Origin: Octopus vulgaris
Taxonomy: Eukaryota
DNA length: 64,000 nucleotides
NCBI GenBank assembly: GCA_951406725.2
Contig: OX597821.1
Span: 25,916,001-25,980,000, forward strand
Direction of reading: 5' to 3'
In this document: positions 37,464-49,829 of the stretch, one piece after another
How positions within the stretch are numbered: position 1 is the stretch's first letter
Layout: every line of letters starts with the position of its first letter
Translations under genes and position numbers: made by a program
Notes under the pieces: generated by a model
What the model saw: the letters and a program-made list of their open reading frames with translations, nothing else
Databases searched by the model: none
What the model was told of the DNA's origin: nothing

Positions 37464-39218
37464 ATCACAAAACATTATCACAAAACTTAAAAAGACATGG
37501 AAACAGCCTCAACATGACTGCTCAACCTGAAAGAAACAGCAGCAACATCTCCCTTAAATCACACCTTGCCCCTTTTAAATGTTAGTCCTACATATGTAAC
37601 TCATAGCTAAATGCTTTTAACCCTAGGTTTACTTGATGAGGATTGACTTAGTGCTGAAGTATGTAACTTACTAGTGTTGTCTGTGTTTGATTTTTTTTTT
37701 TTACTCACAGTATGTAATCAGTAATAAAAAGCATGTCACACACACATACGAGTACATATGAAAGTATGTTTCGTTCCTTGCCCAATGAAATATATCTTTT
37801 ATCTTTTACTTGTTTCAGTCAGTAGACTGTGGCCATGCTGGGGCACCACCTTGAACGATTTTAGTTGAATGAATCAACCCCAGTACCTATTTCTTAAGCC
37901 TGGTATTTATTCTATCAGTCTCTTTTGCTGAACTACTAAGTTACAGGGATGTAAACACACCAACGCCAGTCGTCAAGTGGTGGCGGGAAACAAACACAGA
38001 CACACACACATAGATCCTCATCATCATCATTATCATCATTTAGCATCTGCTTTCCATGCTGGCATGGGTTGGACGGTTCGATTAAAAACTGGTAAGCCAA
38101 GGGGCTGCTCCAGATTCCGATCTGATTTGGCAAGGTTCCTACAACTGGATGCCCTTCCCAACACCAACCACTCCGAGAGTGTGGTGGGTGTTTCTCATGT
38201 GCTGCCAGCATGGGTGTCACTGACCCGATGCTGACATCAGCCATGACTGCAGTCTGACTTGGCTTGACAATTCTACATTGCCAAAGGTCTTGGTCACCTG
38301 ACACTGCCTCCATGGAGCCGAATGCTTGAATGGTGCTTTTTACGTGCCACGGCATGCCTGTCAGACGGCCACTGGCAGTGGCCGCAACTTATATACGACA
38401 GGTTTCTTTCAGTTTCTTTCTGCCAAATCCACTCACAAGGCTTTGGTCAGCCCAAGGCTATAGTAGAAGACACTTGCTCAAGGTGCCATGCAGTGGGACG
38501 GAACCCCGAACCATGTGGCTGGGGAACAAGCTTCTTACCACATATAACCTTTTACTTGTTTCAGTCATAAAACTGTGGCCATGCTGGGGTGCACACACTA
38601 CAGTATACAAGCTTTATTTCCTACACTGGGGTAGGCAGAAGCGTTAGCACGCCGGGCGAAATGCTTTGCGGTATTTCGTCTGTCGTTACGTTGTGAGTTC
38701 AAATTCCGCCGAGGTCGACTTTGCCTTTCATCCTTTCGGGTCGATAAATTAAGTACCAGTTACGCACTGGGGGTCGATGTAATCGTCTTAATACCTATGT
38801 CTGTCCTTGTTTGTCCCCTCTATGTTTAGCCCCTTGTGGGTAATAAAGAAATAGGTAATACACGCGCATACATGATATACATACATACAATACAGGAAGG
38901 AACCTTCACATGGTCGCTTGACCTCCGAGAAGTAGTTGTTAAAGCTCCCACAGGCCACACCCTTCCGCCTGAGGGAAGGATTCATTGAATTAAACGGTAT
39001 CTGGCGCATTGTGTCCAGGAAAACTACAGGGTGGTCACGACTGGAACGCGTTTGGTTTGCTCGATATAGACTGACTGGGGGTTTAAAAATATAAGTAACA
39101 TCGTACACTACACCCATTTATGCTCACACAAACACACATATACAGTACGTGATACACACACACACATGAAGCCATACGTACACTGTATACAAGCAACATT
39201 CATATATCTATCTATCTA

Positions 39219-39270
<52 letters not shown>

Positions 39271-39379
39271 GTACATCCTCCACCATCACTATCAACGACA
39301 ATAGCACCTTCAGTGTGACACAGTTGTAAGATGTGACCTCTTTACTGCTGAGTGACAGGACAGCTTACTGTGTCTACTG

Positions 39380-40559
39380 ACGTTCTACTACTACCGCTAC
39401 TACTGCTGCATCTGCTGCTGCTGCCGCCGCGGCGATAATGATGCTGACGTATTTCTACTGCTACTGGTGTTACTGCTCCTACTACATACGCACAATATTG
39501 TAATACACCACACACACACACGCAGATATATGTATACGTGTTAGTGTGTGTGTGTGTATATATATATATATTTGTGGGTGCCTGTATCGTTGTGCGTGCG
39601 ACGTTGTTTGCCGCCGCTCTTTCTCCCTCTTTTTTTTTCTATATATCAGTGGAAGAGTTTATTATTATAGTGAAGGGAGAAACGGTTCAGTCTAAGGCAA
39701 GAGGAAAGTGGTGGACGAGGGTACAGGTGGAGAGATGATGTGTGTGTGTGTGTGTGTGTACGTGTGCGTGTGTGACGATGGCGAAGGCGTTAGCTGTTGA
39801 GTGTGTGGGAGATTGCGTGAGTGAAAGGGTGAGAGTGAGGGAGGCCGTAGTGGGGAAGGGGTAAGGGAAGCCGGGAATAATTGCGGGGACGGAGTGAAGG
39901 TGAGAGTGAGTGTAGTAAAGGAGTAGGTTGAGGTATTGAGTGTAGTGGGAGGGAGTGAGAGAAGCCGTAACTTTTTCTTAGTGGTGGCGGCGGTGGTGGT
40001 GGTGGTGGTGGTGAAGAAAGCCGTAAGTGTAATTGGGGGATGTGAGGGAGGCCGTAAGTGTAGCGGGGGAGTGAAGGCGGCTGTGAGAGTAGCGGAGGGT
40101 AGTGAAGGGAGCCGTAAGTGTAGTGGTGGTGGGTGGGGGATGCCGTGAGTGGAATCGGGAAGGGGAGTAAGTTGATGATAAATAGTAAAACAAATAAAAT
40201 CTGCCTGTATGTTTTAGAGATTAGGGGGAGGAGAAAAAGTGAAGTGGTGGGAGGAAGAGGAGTGAGTGAGTGTGAGAGAAGAATACAGAGTGAAGTAGGG
40301 AGGAAAATTATAGCTTATTGATGGAAAGAAAAGTCCAAGAGAGTGGCGAAGGGGAGAAATGGGGGGGAAAACAAAAGAAGGTAACGATGGGAGTAAGAGT
40401 AGGACGTGAGTGAAGGAGCGGGTCTGCTGAAAAATGGAGGGGAAGGCGTAGAGAAAGACATAGTAAAGGAGAGTGATATATAAATAAATGTGTATATATA
40501 TAATATATATATTTATATATACATACATACACACACTCACCACACACACGCGCACATAC

Positions 40560-40594
<35 letters not shown>

Positions 40595-41500
40595 TTGAAG
40601 TAAAGTGTTTATTTGTCCATCAATGCTGTTGTCTAATAGTAATTTGAAACTGAATATTTGCAAGTCTCATGACAGAAAACTATTGAGATGTTGGGTGGTC
40701 AGTCTCTTTCCTCCTCCTCCTCCTCCTTCCTCCCTCACAGCATGCCAGTCGTGCCTCTCTCTCTCTCCTCTCTCTCTCTTTCTCCGTCTTTCCATCTTTC
40801 TCTACTCCAGCAACTCAAGTAAAGTCTGAACTTTTAGACCCCCCTTCCTCCCTTCCTCCTTCCCTCCTCCTCTTCCTTCTCCTCCTCCTCCTAACCCATG
40901 TGAGAGAAAAACTTTGTTTTTCCTATTTGATCTTATTTCCCTGTTAACCCTCTCTCCCGCTTATATCTGAAATATTTTCCTCTCCTCTCCTCTCCTCTCC
41001 GAAATACCAAAGTCAGGCCAAAACTGATGTATTTCCTCTCTCTCTCACACTTCCGTGTATTGCTCGTTATGTTTGCAGACACCGCTCACCGCCACTACCA
41101 CCACCATTGCCGTAGTGCCGAATACCTCAGGGAGAGGTTGTTCAGTGATAATCAACGTATCATTGATTATCACATTAAAAGTGTAAGGCACTCAAATGTG
41201 CTGGTTTGTATATAATAAACCGTATAAATACTCATATACGAATGAACACCCAGGTGTGTGTGTGTGTGTAATCTTTTGCGCCTGGCGGCATCTTGAAGGA
41301 TTTTGGTCAGTCATATCAACACCCCTGTAATTATTTTGAAGTTTGGTACTTAACATTCGCTGTTTGTCGAACTTCTACGTTACGGGACATAAAATGTTTT
41401 TCGAAGTGATATCGTCGTGGAGATACATATTCAAGAACACATCTCTTCCTTTCTCTCTCTCTGTCTCGCTGTACACACACACACATGAACGCGCGCACAC
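39380..41500. promoter_or_regulatory. CpG-enriched, transposon-poor region with purine/pyrimidine-biased tracts; possible promoter or first exon
   Basis: Visible excess of CpG (gccgccgcggcg, cgttgtgcgtgcgacg, ttgccgccgct) over the CpG-poor flanks. G/A-rich at 39800-40470 and C/T-rich at 40700-41000. Function is inferred only. Confidence 0.35.
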
Positions 41501-41564
41501 ACATACAAATTCTTTCTAACATAGTCTGCTAGATTTTACTCAAGACATTCTGAATGCAGATACT

Positions 41565-41980
41565 GGATCTTTTCGGTTTGAACGGCAGTTTTTAACATAA
41601 TTTCTAGATAACTGAAAAATTTTAAACTTCGTATACTGGTAGAATGTGTTTATAAAACATCTTTTTCTCTTGGCTTTATTGAGAAAATTCTATGGTTTGT
41701 AAGATATTTGTTGTTTTTTTTCCTTCAATTTCTGCAATTTCCACCAATCAATGAAGTCTATTGAGGTAAAAAAAAAACAACATTCTGTGCCGTATGAATA
41801 TGTCCCTCGTTTAAGAAACAGATTGGGTTTATTTACATTTGTGAAGAAAAAAGATACACTTCCCCCACCCCTAACCCTAAAATAGATTGAAATGCAATAG
41901 ATCGATACTAGGGTCATAATTATGGGTGACAATTTCATATGACACCGCTAGAAAAACTGCCGTTCAAACCAAAAAGATCC
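41565..41980 (+). mobile_element. GG-terminated TTAGGG-containing MITE, copy 3
   Basis: Both TIRs present. Perfect 8-bp TSD cagatact at 41557-41564 and 41981-41988. Confidence 0.93.
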
Positions 41981-42316
41981 CAGATACTTATCTAAAACAC
42001 CTTTATTTGTAACACTGAGCTGGAACCATGTGGTGATAAGTTACCTTTTTAATCATACTGCTATATCTGTGCCAGTGTGTATGTGTATGTTTGTCTTGTA
42101 GTAATTTTTTTTAAATGTATATATTTGCATCTATACTAGTAGTCTCTAAAGTATGTAGAAGATACAGATATAATCCATTATAGTTTTATATTTATTTCAT
42201 ATCGCAGTTGATGAACATTATAATGTCAGATACAAGTTCATCAATCAAACACTGTCATGGCATATCTGACGTTAAAAGAACTTAAATTGTTTTTTTCTGA
42301 TTTGCATAACAGTGCA

Positions 42317-42658
42317 GGATCTTTTCGGTTTGAACGGCAGTTTTTTCTAGCGGTGTCATATGAAATTGTCACCCATAATTATGACCCTAGTATCGATCTA
42401 TTGCATTTCAATCTGTTATAGGGTTAGGGGTGGGGGGAAGGGTATCTTTTTTCTTCACAAATGTAAATAAACCCAATCTGTTTCTTAAACGAGGGACATA
42501 TTCATACGGCACAGAATGTTTTAAACCTCAATAGACGTCATTGATTGGTTGAAATTGCAGAAATTGAAGAAAAAAACAACAAATATCTTACAAACTATAG
42601 AATTTTCTCAATAAAGCCCAGAGAAAAAGATGTTTTATAAACACATTCTACCAGTATA
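42317..42658 (-). mobile_element. GG-terminated TTAGGG-containing MITE, copy 4, truncated and inverted
   Basis: One TIR at 42317. The sequence is the reverse complement of copy 3 and breaks off at about 42658. Confidence 0.9.
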
Positions 42659-43040
42659 TCTGTAAGTTTTTGGTTTTCTTCCAGAGTTTTGTTTCGATGT
42701 GAAGGCTTTTCCTTCTCTCTGAAAGGCTGTCATTACTTTTGAGACAGTACTTCTTGATACACCTAACATTTCAGCTGTTTTCATTATGTTAGTGCCTGCC
42801 ATACGAGCACCAACAATTTGACCTCTTTGAAAGTCCGATAGATCTGTCATTTTAATGAATTTTAATTACCTTTTTCTGATGATATCTGAAAAGAAGCAGC
42901 AATTTGAGCAAAACATATTAAGTAACACTAATAACAAATCAAAAATCATAAAAATTAAACAAGCTTTTGATGATTTTATGGATATTTCAAAATCATGCTG
43001 CTCTGATGCTAGGTGTTTCTATTATTTGGTCCAACCCCTA
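42659..43040 (-). mobile_element. Tc1-like transposon 5' fragment
   Basis: MTDLSDFQRGQIVGARMAG...AEMLGVSRSTVSKV...SGRKPK is a paired-like HTH plus GRPR-like motif. A TIR-like ggggttggaccaaataatagaaacacct lies at the right end. Confidence 0.85.
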
Positions 43041-43065
43041 AGAAGTAGAGCAGTCTTTTTTTTTA

Positions 43066-43171
43066 CCTGGTGAAGGCTGGTTTATGTGTTTACCCTAGGT
43101 TTCCTGTCCATAAACGGTTTAACTTTATGGAGAGGAAACCCAGGTAACCCCATAAACTAGCCTTCACCAGG
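43066..43171. repeat. 106-nt fold-back palindrome (about 48-bp arms)
   Basis: cctggtgaaggctggtttatg...gtttcctgtccataaa pairs with tttatggagaggaaac...cataaactagccttcaccagg. Confidence 0.85.
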
Positions 43172-43814
43172 AAAATATATGTGTATGTGTGTCTTTGCGT
43201 CTGTGTTTGTAACACCCATCACTGTTTGACAAACTGGTGTTGATATGTTTACATCACTGTAAATTAGCGGTTCCCTAAAAGAGACCAATAGGCTTAAGAA
43301 ATAAGTCCTGGGTTCGATTTGGTCAACTAAACCCTTCACTGCCGTGCTCCAGCATGGCCACAGTCAAACGACTGAAACAAGTAGAAGAACATGTTAAATT
43401 GTTACCTTCCACAGAATATAGTCAAAGATAAGCATATTACAATTTACAACTTAGGCTAAAGATCTCAAATTTGTCTGAAGATGTGTATAATAAGTCCATT
43501 GATTTGACCTCTGTACATGTCTGGTATCTATTGATCCCAGAGGAAATTCAGGTAAAGTCAAAGAGGCAAGGAGCTAAATACTGCAAGAAACTCAGTGTGA
43601 TGTATTTGTGTTTCTAGTGACTGACTTTGTGAAAATTATTAGAAAGAGACACAGGCAGAGCTGTATTGTTAAGAAAGTTGATTCCCAGCTACATGGTTTT
43701 GGGTTCAGTCCCACTGTGTGGCACCTTAGGCAAATGCCTTTTACTATAGCCCTGGCTCAACAAAAGTATTGTGAATGGATTTGTTAGTGGAAACTGAGAG
43801 AAGTCTGTCGTATT

Positions 43815-44786
43815 CAGTAATATCTCACTTTACGAGACCCCTAGTTTACGAGTTTTATTTTTCAAGCACGAGATCCAAATTTTGAACGAAGTGTAGAAGT
43901 TTGAACTACCATAACAAATGCTTCTGCATGTTACCGAGAAATTAATGGAGAGCGAAAAAAGATTTCTTCTAAGCAGACAACTCAAGACTTGTTTTTTCAA
44001 AAGAAATCTACAGGTCAGTCTACGAGTGCTTGTGAATCGGTGATTGCATCTACAAGTGATGGTGTTCATCAGTCTAGTGTGAGTGAAAGTGATTCAGAAA
44101 ACGATTATAATAATATTTTTTATTATAAATGATCTCGACATTCTTTTTACCTTACATGAAAATCAATATCGAAATCGATCAACATCAATGGAAATTGTAG
44201 CTGTGATACCAGTGCCGGTGGCACGTAAGAAAACCATCTGAAAGTGGCCGTTGCCAGTGCCGCCCCGACTGGCCTCCGTGCCGGTGGCATGTAAAAAGCA
44301 CCATCTGATCGTGGCCATTGCCAGCCTCGCCTGGCCTCTATGCTGGTGGCACGTAAAAAGTGCCATCCTATCGTGGCCGTTTGCCAGCCTCATCTGGCCC
44401 CTCTGCTGGTGGTACGTAAAAAGCACCCACTACACTCACGGAGTGGTTGGCGTTAGGAAGGGCATCCAGCCGTAGAAAGACTGCCAGATCAGACTGGGCC
44501 TGGTGCAGCCTTCTGGCTTCCCAGACCCCAGTTGAACCGTCCAACCCATGCTAGCATGGAAAGCGGACGCTAAATGATGATGATGATGAAATATTCTTTA
44601 CATTCTACTGTTGTTTTATTGCCATTTATTTACAAGTTTTATAAATTTTATAGGTAAAATTTTTTTCTGGGAACAAATTACGATTTATAACATTGTTACT
44701 ATGGGAAATTACTGCTCTGCTTTATGAGTTTTCGCTTTATGAGCCGTCTCCGGGAATAAATTAACTTGTGTCTCGGGGCATTACTG
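43815..44786. mobile_element. Tigger/pogo-like non-autonomous element containing a family-C insertion (44163-44590)
   Basis: Ends cagtaatatctcac... and ...cggggcattactg|TA, with subterminal ttacgag-type repeats. Confidence 0.65.
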
Positions 44787-45145
44787 TATATGTAAATATG
44801 TGTATGTATGTGTGTGATGTCTACTTGTCTTGACATCATGTGATTTTTGTAAATTCATTTTAAATGAAAATTTTTCTTTGTAACTGAGTGTCACTGTGAT
44901 TCAAGCAGTGTCATTTATTTTCAATATCCTGTAAAAATAAATCTAAGCATGAGGAGATGTTACCTTGCACACAGACAGGTGAGGATTGGCCGAGGGAATA
45001 GTATCTGGCTGTGGAAAATCTACCTCAGTAAACTCTGTCTGTCCTGTGGAAGCTAAGGTGTGTGTGTCTGTATGTATGTGTATGTATGGTTTGGTCAAAC
45101 AACCGATGAAATGCCTACCCTACAAGCAGACTATGTACATATCAG

Positions 45146-46410
45146 TGAGTGGGCTGAAAAGTTCAATGGCTGACTATGAAGGAATGATGCAGGAGCTGTG
45201 ATATCTTGCATGCATTAATTTCAGCTCTTCTTTTCAATAACTGCATTGCTTCTTTCCAGTTAAATGGACATCTGACTGTCCAAAAGAGAGTTCAAAAGTA
45301 ACTAGTAGTGACTTCTCTTGAAAAAGGATGAAATTTGGCATCATGGTTTTCTCAAGTACCTGCAGAAAATGGCTTTATTCCCCAGAGACATTCATGCTGA
45401 TATGGTTGCTACATTACAGAATGATGCTCCTTCTTTATCAACAGTGCAAAAGTGGGCAGATGAATTTAGGAGGGGAAGGGACAGTCTTGAATATAACGCA
45501 GGGTCTGGATATCCTGCAACTTCCACCACTGAAGAAAACCTTGATTGTGTTCACTACACGGTGATGGATGACAGGCAATTGACTATAAATCAAACAGCCA
45601 ATTGCTATTAGCATATCCCATGAGAGAGTTGACCACAAATTTAGCGTGATGAAGATTTCTGTTTGGTGGGTGCCACATCTGACATCTGATCAAAAGTGCA
45701 CCCAGTTTATCACATCATGGAAAAATCTGACATTGTTTGAGGCAGATCCAGCTGGTTCATTTGAATGTTTCTTAAGCCAGGTTGAGCGATGGGTTCATCA
45801 GCTTGAAACGGTGACAAAGGGACAATCCATGCAGTAAAAACTCCTCTCCTCATGTGCTGCAAAGGAGGTCAAGGTTGTTTCATTTGCATGGAAGATGATT
45901 AGCCTCAGTATTTTAGGATGGAAAAGGCATTGTGCTTATCGACTGTTTTCAAAAAGGCCACACTATCAATGGAGAGTACTATGCCAATTTTCTGAGGCAG
46001 TTCTGAAAGAGCCTGTGAAGATCAAACGCCCAGGAAAACTGATGAAAGTGGTCTTGTTTCATCAGGACAATGATCTAGCACATAAGTCCTGGCTGCTGTA
46101 CATGACTGTGGCTTTGAACTGGGTGATCAGCTACCCTATTCTCCTCATTTGGCTCCATTTGACTATCATCTGTGCCCCAAAAATGATAAAAACACTTGCC
46201 TGGGAACCAATATCACCATGACGATGATGATGTCATATCTGCTGTTGATGACTTTTTTGACCAACGGGATGAAAGCTTCAAACTCAATGGGATCCGACCA
46301 CTGTGACACCAATGGCAGAAGTATGTGGACAGCAAGGGGGGACTATGTTGAATAATAGATCTCATTTCATGAGAGTGTCTTGAGCTTATGAACTTTTCAG
46401 TTGACCCTCA
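45146..46410 (+). mobile_element. Near full-length decayed mariner, irritans/Himar-like
   Basis: Imperfect TIRs tgagtgggctgaaaagttca / tgaacttttcagttgaccctca|TA. Fragments IHADMVATL...APSLSTVQKWADEFRRGR, WVPHL, FHQDN and APFDYHL. Confidence 0.9.
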
Positions 46411-47513
46411 TATATATTCATGCATACATTTGTATTTATATGTGTGAAAAAAATAAGAATACACACACATGCACATACATACATACATATGCTGACACAC
46501 ACACACATATTTATTAATGCTATGTTTATAGTTATTGCTTAAAAGCTTTATGTTGACCAAGTGTTCTTCAGATGTTATCTTCCTTATAAGCATTTACTGT
46601 TTTATGAAGAGAGGTATTCTGTATAAAGATTTTACACACATCTCCATAAACACACATACACACTTATATGTATGTGTTTGTGTGTATGATATACAATGTA
46701 TGTATTACCTATTCTTATTGCTTTTATTGATTTAAATTTTTTTACTGAATGTTACGGTGGACAAAAAAAATTTTCTAGCTCTACTAAGGCTATACTTCAC
46801 CCAACATACTACCATAAACTTTTAAATATACTCAATGTTAAAGCCAGCTACTTTTGCCTGGACAACATCAGTTTCTATATTTCTCACTGTAATTATACCA
46901 TGCCTACTCCAACCAGCAACTGTCGAAACATTAACTTTTTCACTTGTGTAGATCAATGAATAATAAAAATTCCTCCGTCCTAATTTATCTGGAACCTGAA
47001 GCCAATAATCTGAGCATTCTTCAACAGAATGGAATGTTTTGGGGCTTTACACAACTCTGAAGTTCCAGATACTGAAGAAGTCAGCTTTATCTCTCAACAT
47101 GAGGTCAGAAATATTCTCTAAATGTTGTCATTGGCATTGTTTTCTTGTAAACAGTTTGAAGGCACCTGAACTCTTCATGCCAAATGAAAAAAAGATCATA
47201 GTCTTAAACCCTTTAAGGTAGAAAGAGTAGTCTCCACTCCTCATCTTGCACTGAAATGAACGAAACACAGAGAGACAGACAGACAGATATTTGATGTCCT
47301 TAAGTCAGGAAAAACAAGTCATGCTCAGAAAGAGAAATCAAGTGTTATACTTTTGTATTTTTGAGTAGTATATTCTTGGTTATGTCATGTAATCAGTCAG
47401 AATGTAATCAGACAGTTCTGTGCCAGTTATTGCCAAGTACACAAAACCATTAGTGTCATTCTGAAAGATTACATGCTATAACCAGGAATCCACTGTTCAG
47501 CAATACATATGTG

Positions 47514-47554
<41 letters not shown>

Positions 47555-47605
47555 TGATTGATTCTAGTTTCAGCTTATGAGCTGTGGCCATGCTGGGGCA
47601 CCGCC

Positions 47606-47661
<56 letters not shown>

Positions 47662-47680
47662 GTGTGTGTGTGTGTGTGTG

Positions 47681-47973
47681 AAGGCGCAATGGCCCAGTGG
47701 TTAGGGTAGCGGACTCGCGGTTTCGATTCCCAGACCGGGTGTTGTGAGTGTTTATTGAGCGAAAACACCTAAAGCTCCACAGGGCTCCGGCAGGGGGGTG
47801 GCGATCCCTGCTGTATTCTTTCGCCACAACTTTCTTTCATTCTTTCTTCTGTTGGCCTGCTCGCTTAGCCAGCGGGGTGGTGTCATTTGAAGGCTAAAGC
47901 AATGCGAAGTGCATTGTGACCAGCGATGTGTAGCAGCATCTGATAGCCTGGTCGGTCACGGTGATCAGGGTGA
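47681..47973 (+). mobile_element. Family-D-headed SINE with an alternative 3' half
   Basis: The first 150 bp or so match 8865 onward. The 3' part is unrelated and ends in cacggtgatcagggtgat. Confidence 0.75.
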
Positions 47974-48412
47974 TATATATATATATGATGGACTCTCCCA
48001 TTGTTAGACAACGTATGAGGATTTGGCAATTTCTTACCGAACAACCAGACAGATGATTTACTTATAGTGATTAAATGTTGTGTAGACATAAGCTCACTCC
48101 TTCCATCAGATCGACATTACCTGTACAGGTGCAACGGGTGTCACATGTCAGATGTCAATATGAAGTGCTTTGCTCAAGAACACAATGCAACACCTGGTCT
48201 GGGAATCGAACCCATGATCTCACAAGTGTGAGTGCAGCACCTTAACCACTAAGCCACACACCTTCACATATACGTATATACATACGCATATATGTATATA
48301 CATGTATCAAACTCCATTGGTTACTATGACGAGGGTTCCAGTTGACCTGATCAACAGAACAGCCTGCTCGTGAAATTAATGTGCAAGTGGCTGAGCACTC
48401 CAGACATACTCT

Positions 48413-48800
48413 TATACTCTTTTACTTGCTTCAGTCATCTGACTGCAGCCATGCTGGAGCACCGCCTTTAGTCGAGCAACTCGACCCCGGGACTTATTCT
48501 TTTTGCGGTCTCTTTTTGCCGAACTGCTAAGTGACCGGGACGTAAACACACCAGCATCGGTTGTCAAGCAATGCTAGGGGAACAAACACAGACACACAAA
48601 CACACACACATACATATATAAATATATACATATATATGACAGGCTTCTTTCAGTTTCCGTCTACCAAATCCACTCACAAGGCATTGGTCAGACCGAAGCT
48701 ATAGCAGAAGACACTTGCCCAAGATGCCACGCAGTGGGACTGAACCCGGAACCATGTAGTTGGTTAGCAAGCTACTTACCACACAGCCACTCCTGCGCCT
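48413..48800 (-). mobile_element. Family-A SINE
   Basis: Near full length and inverted relative to 49119-49520. Confidence 0.9.
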
Positions 48801-49118
48801 ATTAATTATTAATCATCCTTTTAATTATTTTAATTTTCGTTTTTCCATGCCTATGTGGGGTGGATGAGACTACATTGCAGCCAAGTTTCTTACGGCGTGA
48901 TGCCCTTTCTGATGTCAGCCCTCACTTGTTGTTAAGTGAGGCAATAATCTATTGAGCAACTGGAAACAAAGAGACAAACAGCTGTGTGAATGAACTTTTG
49001 TTTACAATTACCATGCAATATGTCAAGATATATCACAACTTGCTTGTGCAGCAGACTGCAAGAGAAGATGCCCCTCTGTATAAGCAACTGAGTTCTTTGT
49101 TAATAATAAGTGAACACA

Positions 49119-49520
49119 TAGGCGCAGGAGTGGCTGTGTGGTAAGTAGCTTGCAAACCAACCACATGGTTCCGGGTTCAATCCCACTGTGTGGCATCTTG
49201 GGCAAGTGTCTTCTGCTATAGCCCCGGGCCGACCAATGCCTTGTGAGTGAATTTGGTAGACGGAAACTGAAAGAAGCCCGTCGTATATATGTATATATAT
49301 ATGCGTGTTTGTGTGTCTGTGTTTGTCCCCCTAGCATTGCTTGACAGCCGATGCTGGTGTGTTTACGTCCCCGTCACTTAGCGGTTCGGCAAAAGAGACC
49401 GATAGAATAAGTACTGGGCTTACAAAGAATAAGTCCCGGGGTCGATTTGCTCGACTAAAAGGCGGTGCTCCAGCATGGCCGCAGTCAAATGACTGAAACA
49501 AATAAAAGAGAAATAAAAGA
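49119..49520 (+). mobile_element. Family-A SINE, full length
   Basis: Intact head and tail, CpG-rich. Confidence 0.9.
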
Positions 49521-49789
49521 GAAAGAGAAAATATGTAGATTAGGGAAATACAAACTCTCTGATGCAAGCACATATCTCTCTGTCCGTCTGTCTGTCCGTC
49601 CATCCATCCATCCATCTGGGTGAGTGGACAATCAAAATAAAAAGGCACTTTGTAAAAGTCTACAAAACTTTAAGTCACATGGGGCCAAATCAACCTGTTA
49701 TAGATAATAATAATAATACTCCCTTCTACTAGAGGCACATTTTTGTGTGTGTTATTGCTCTACTTAATCCATTCTGTACTTCTAAGATC

Positions 49790-49829
<40 letters not shown>

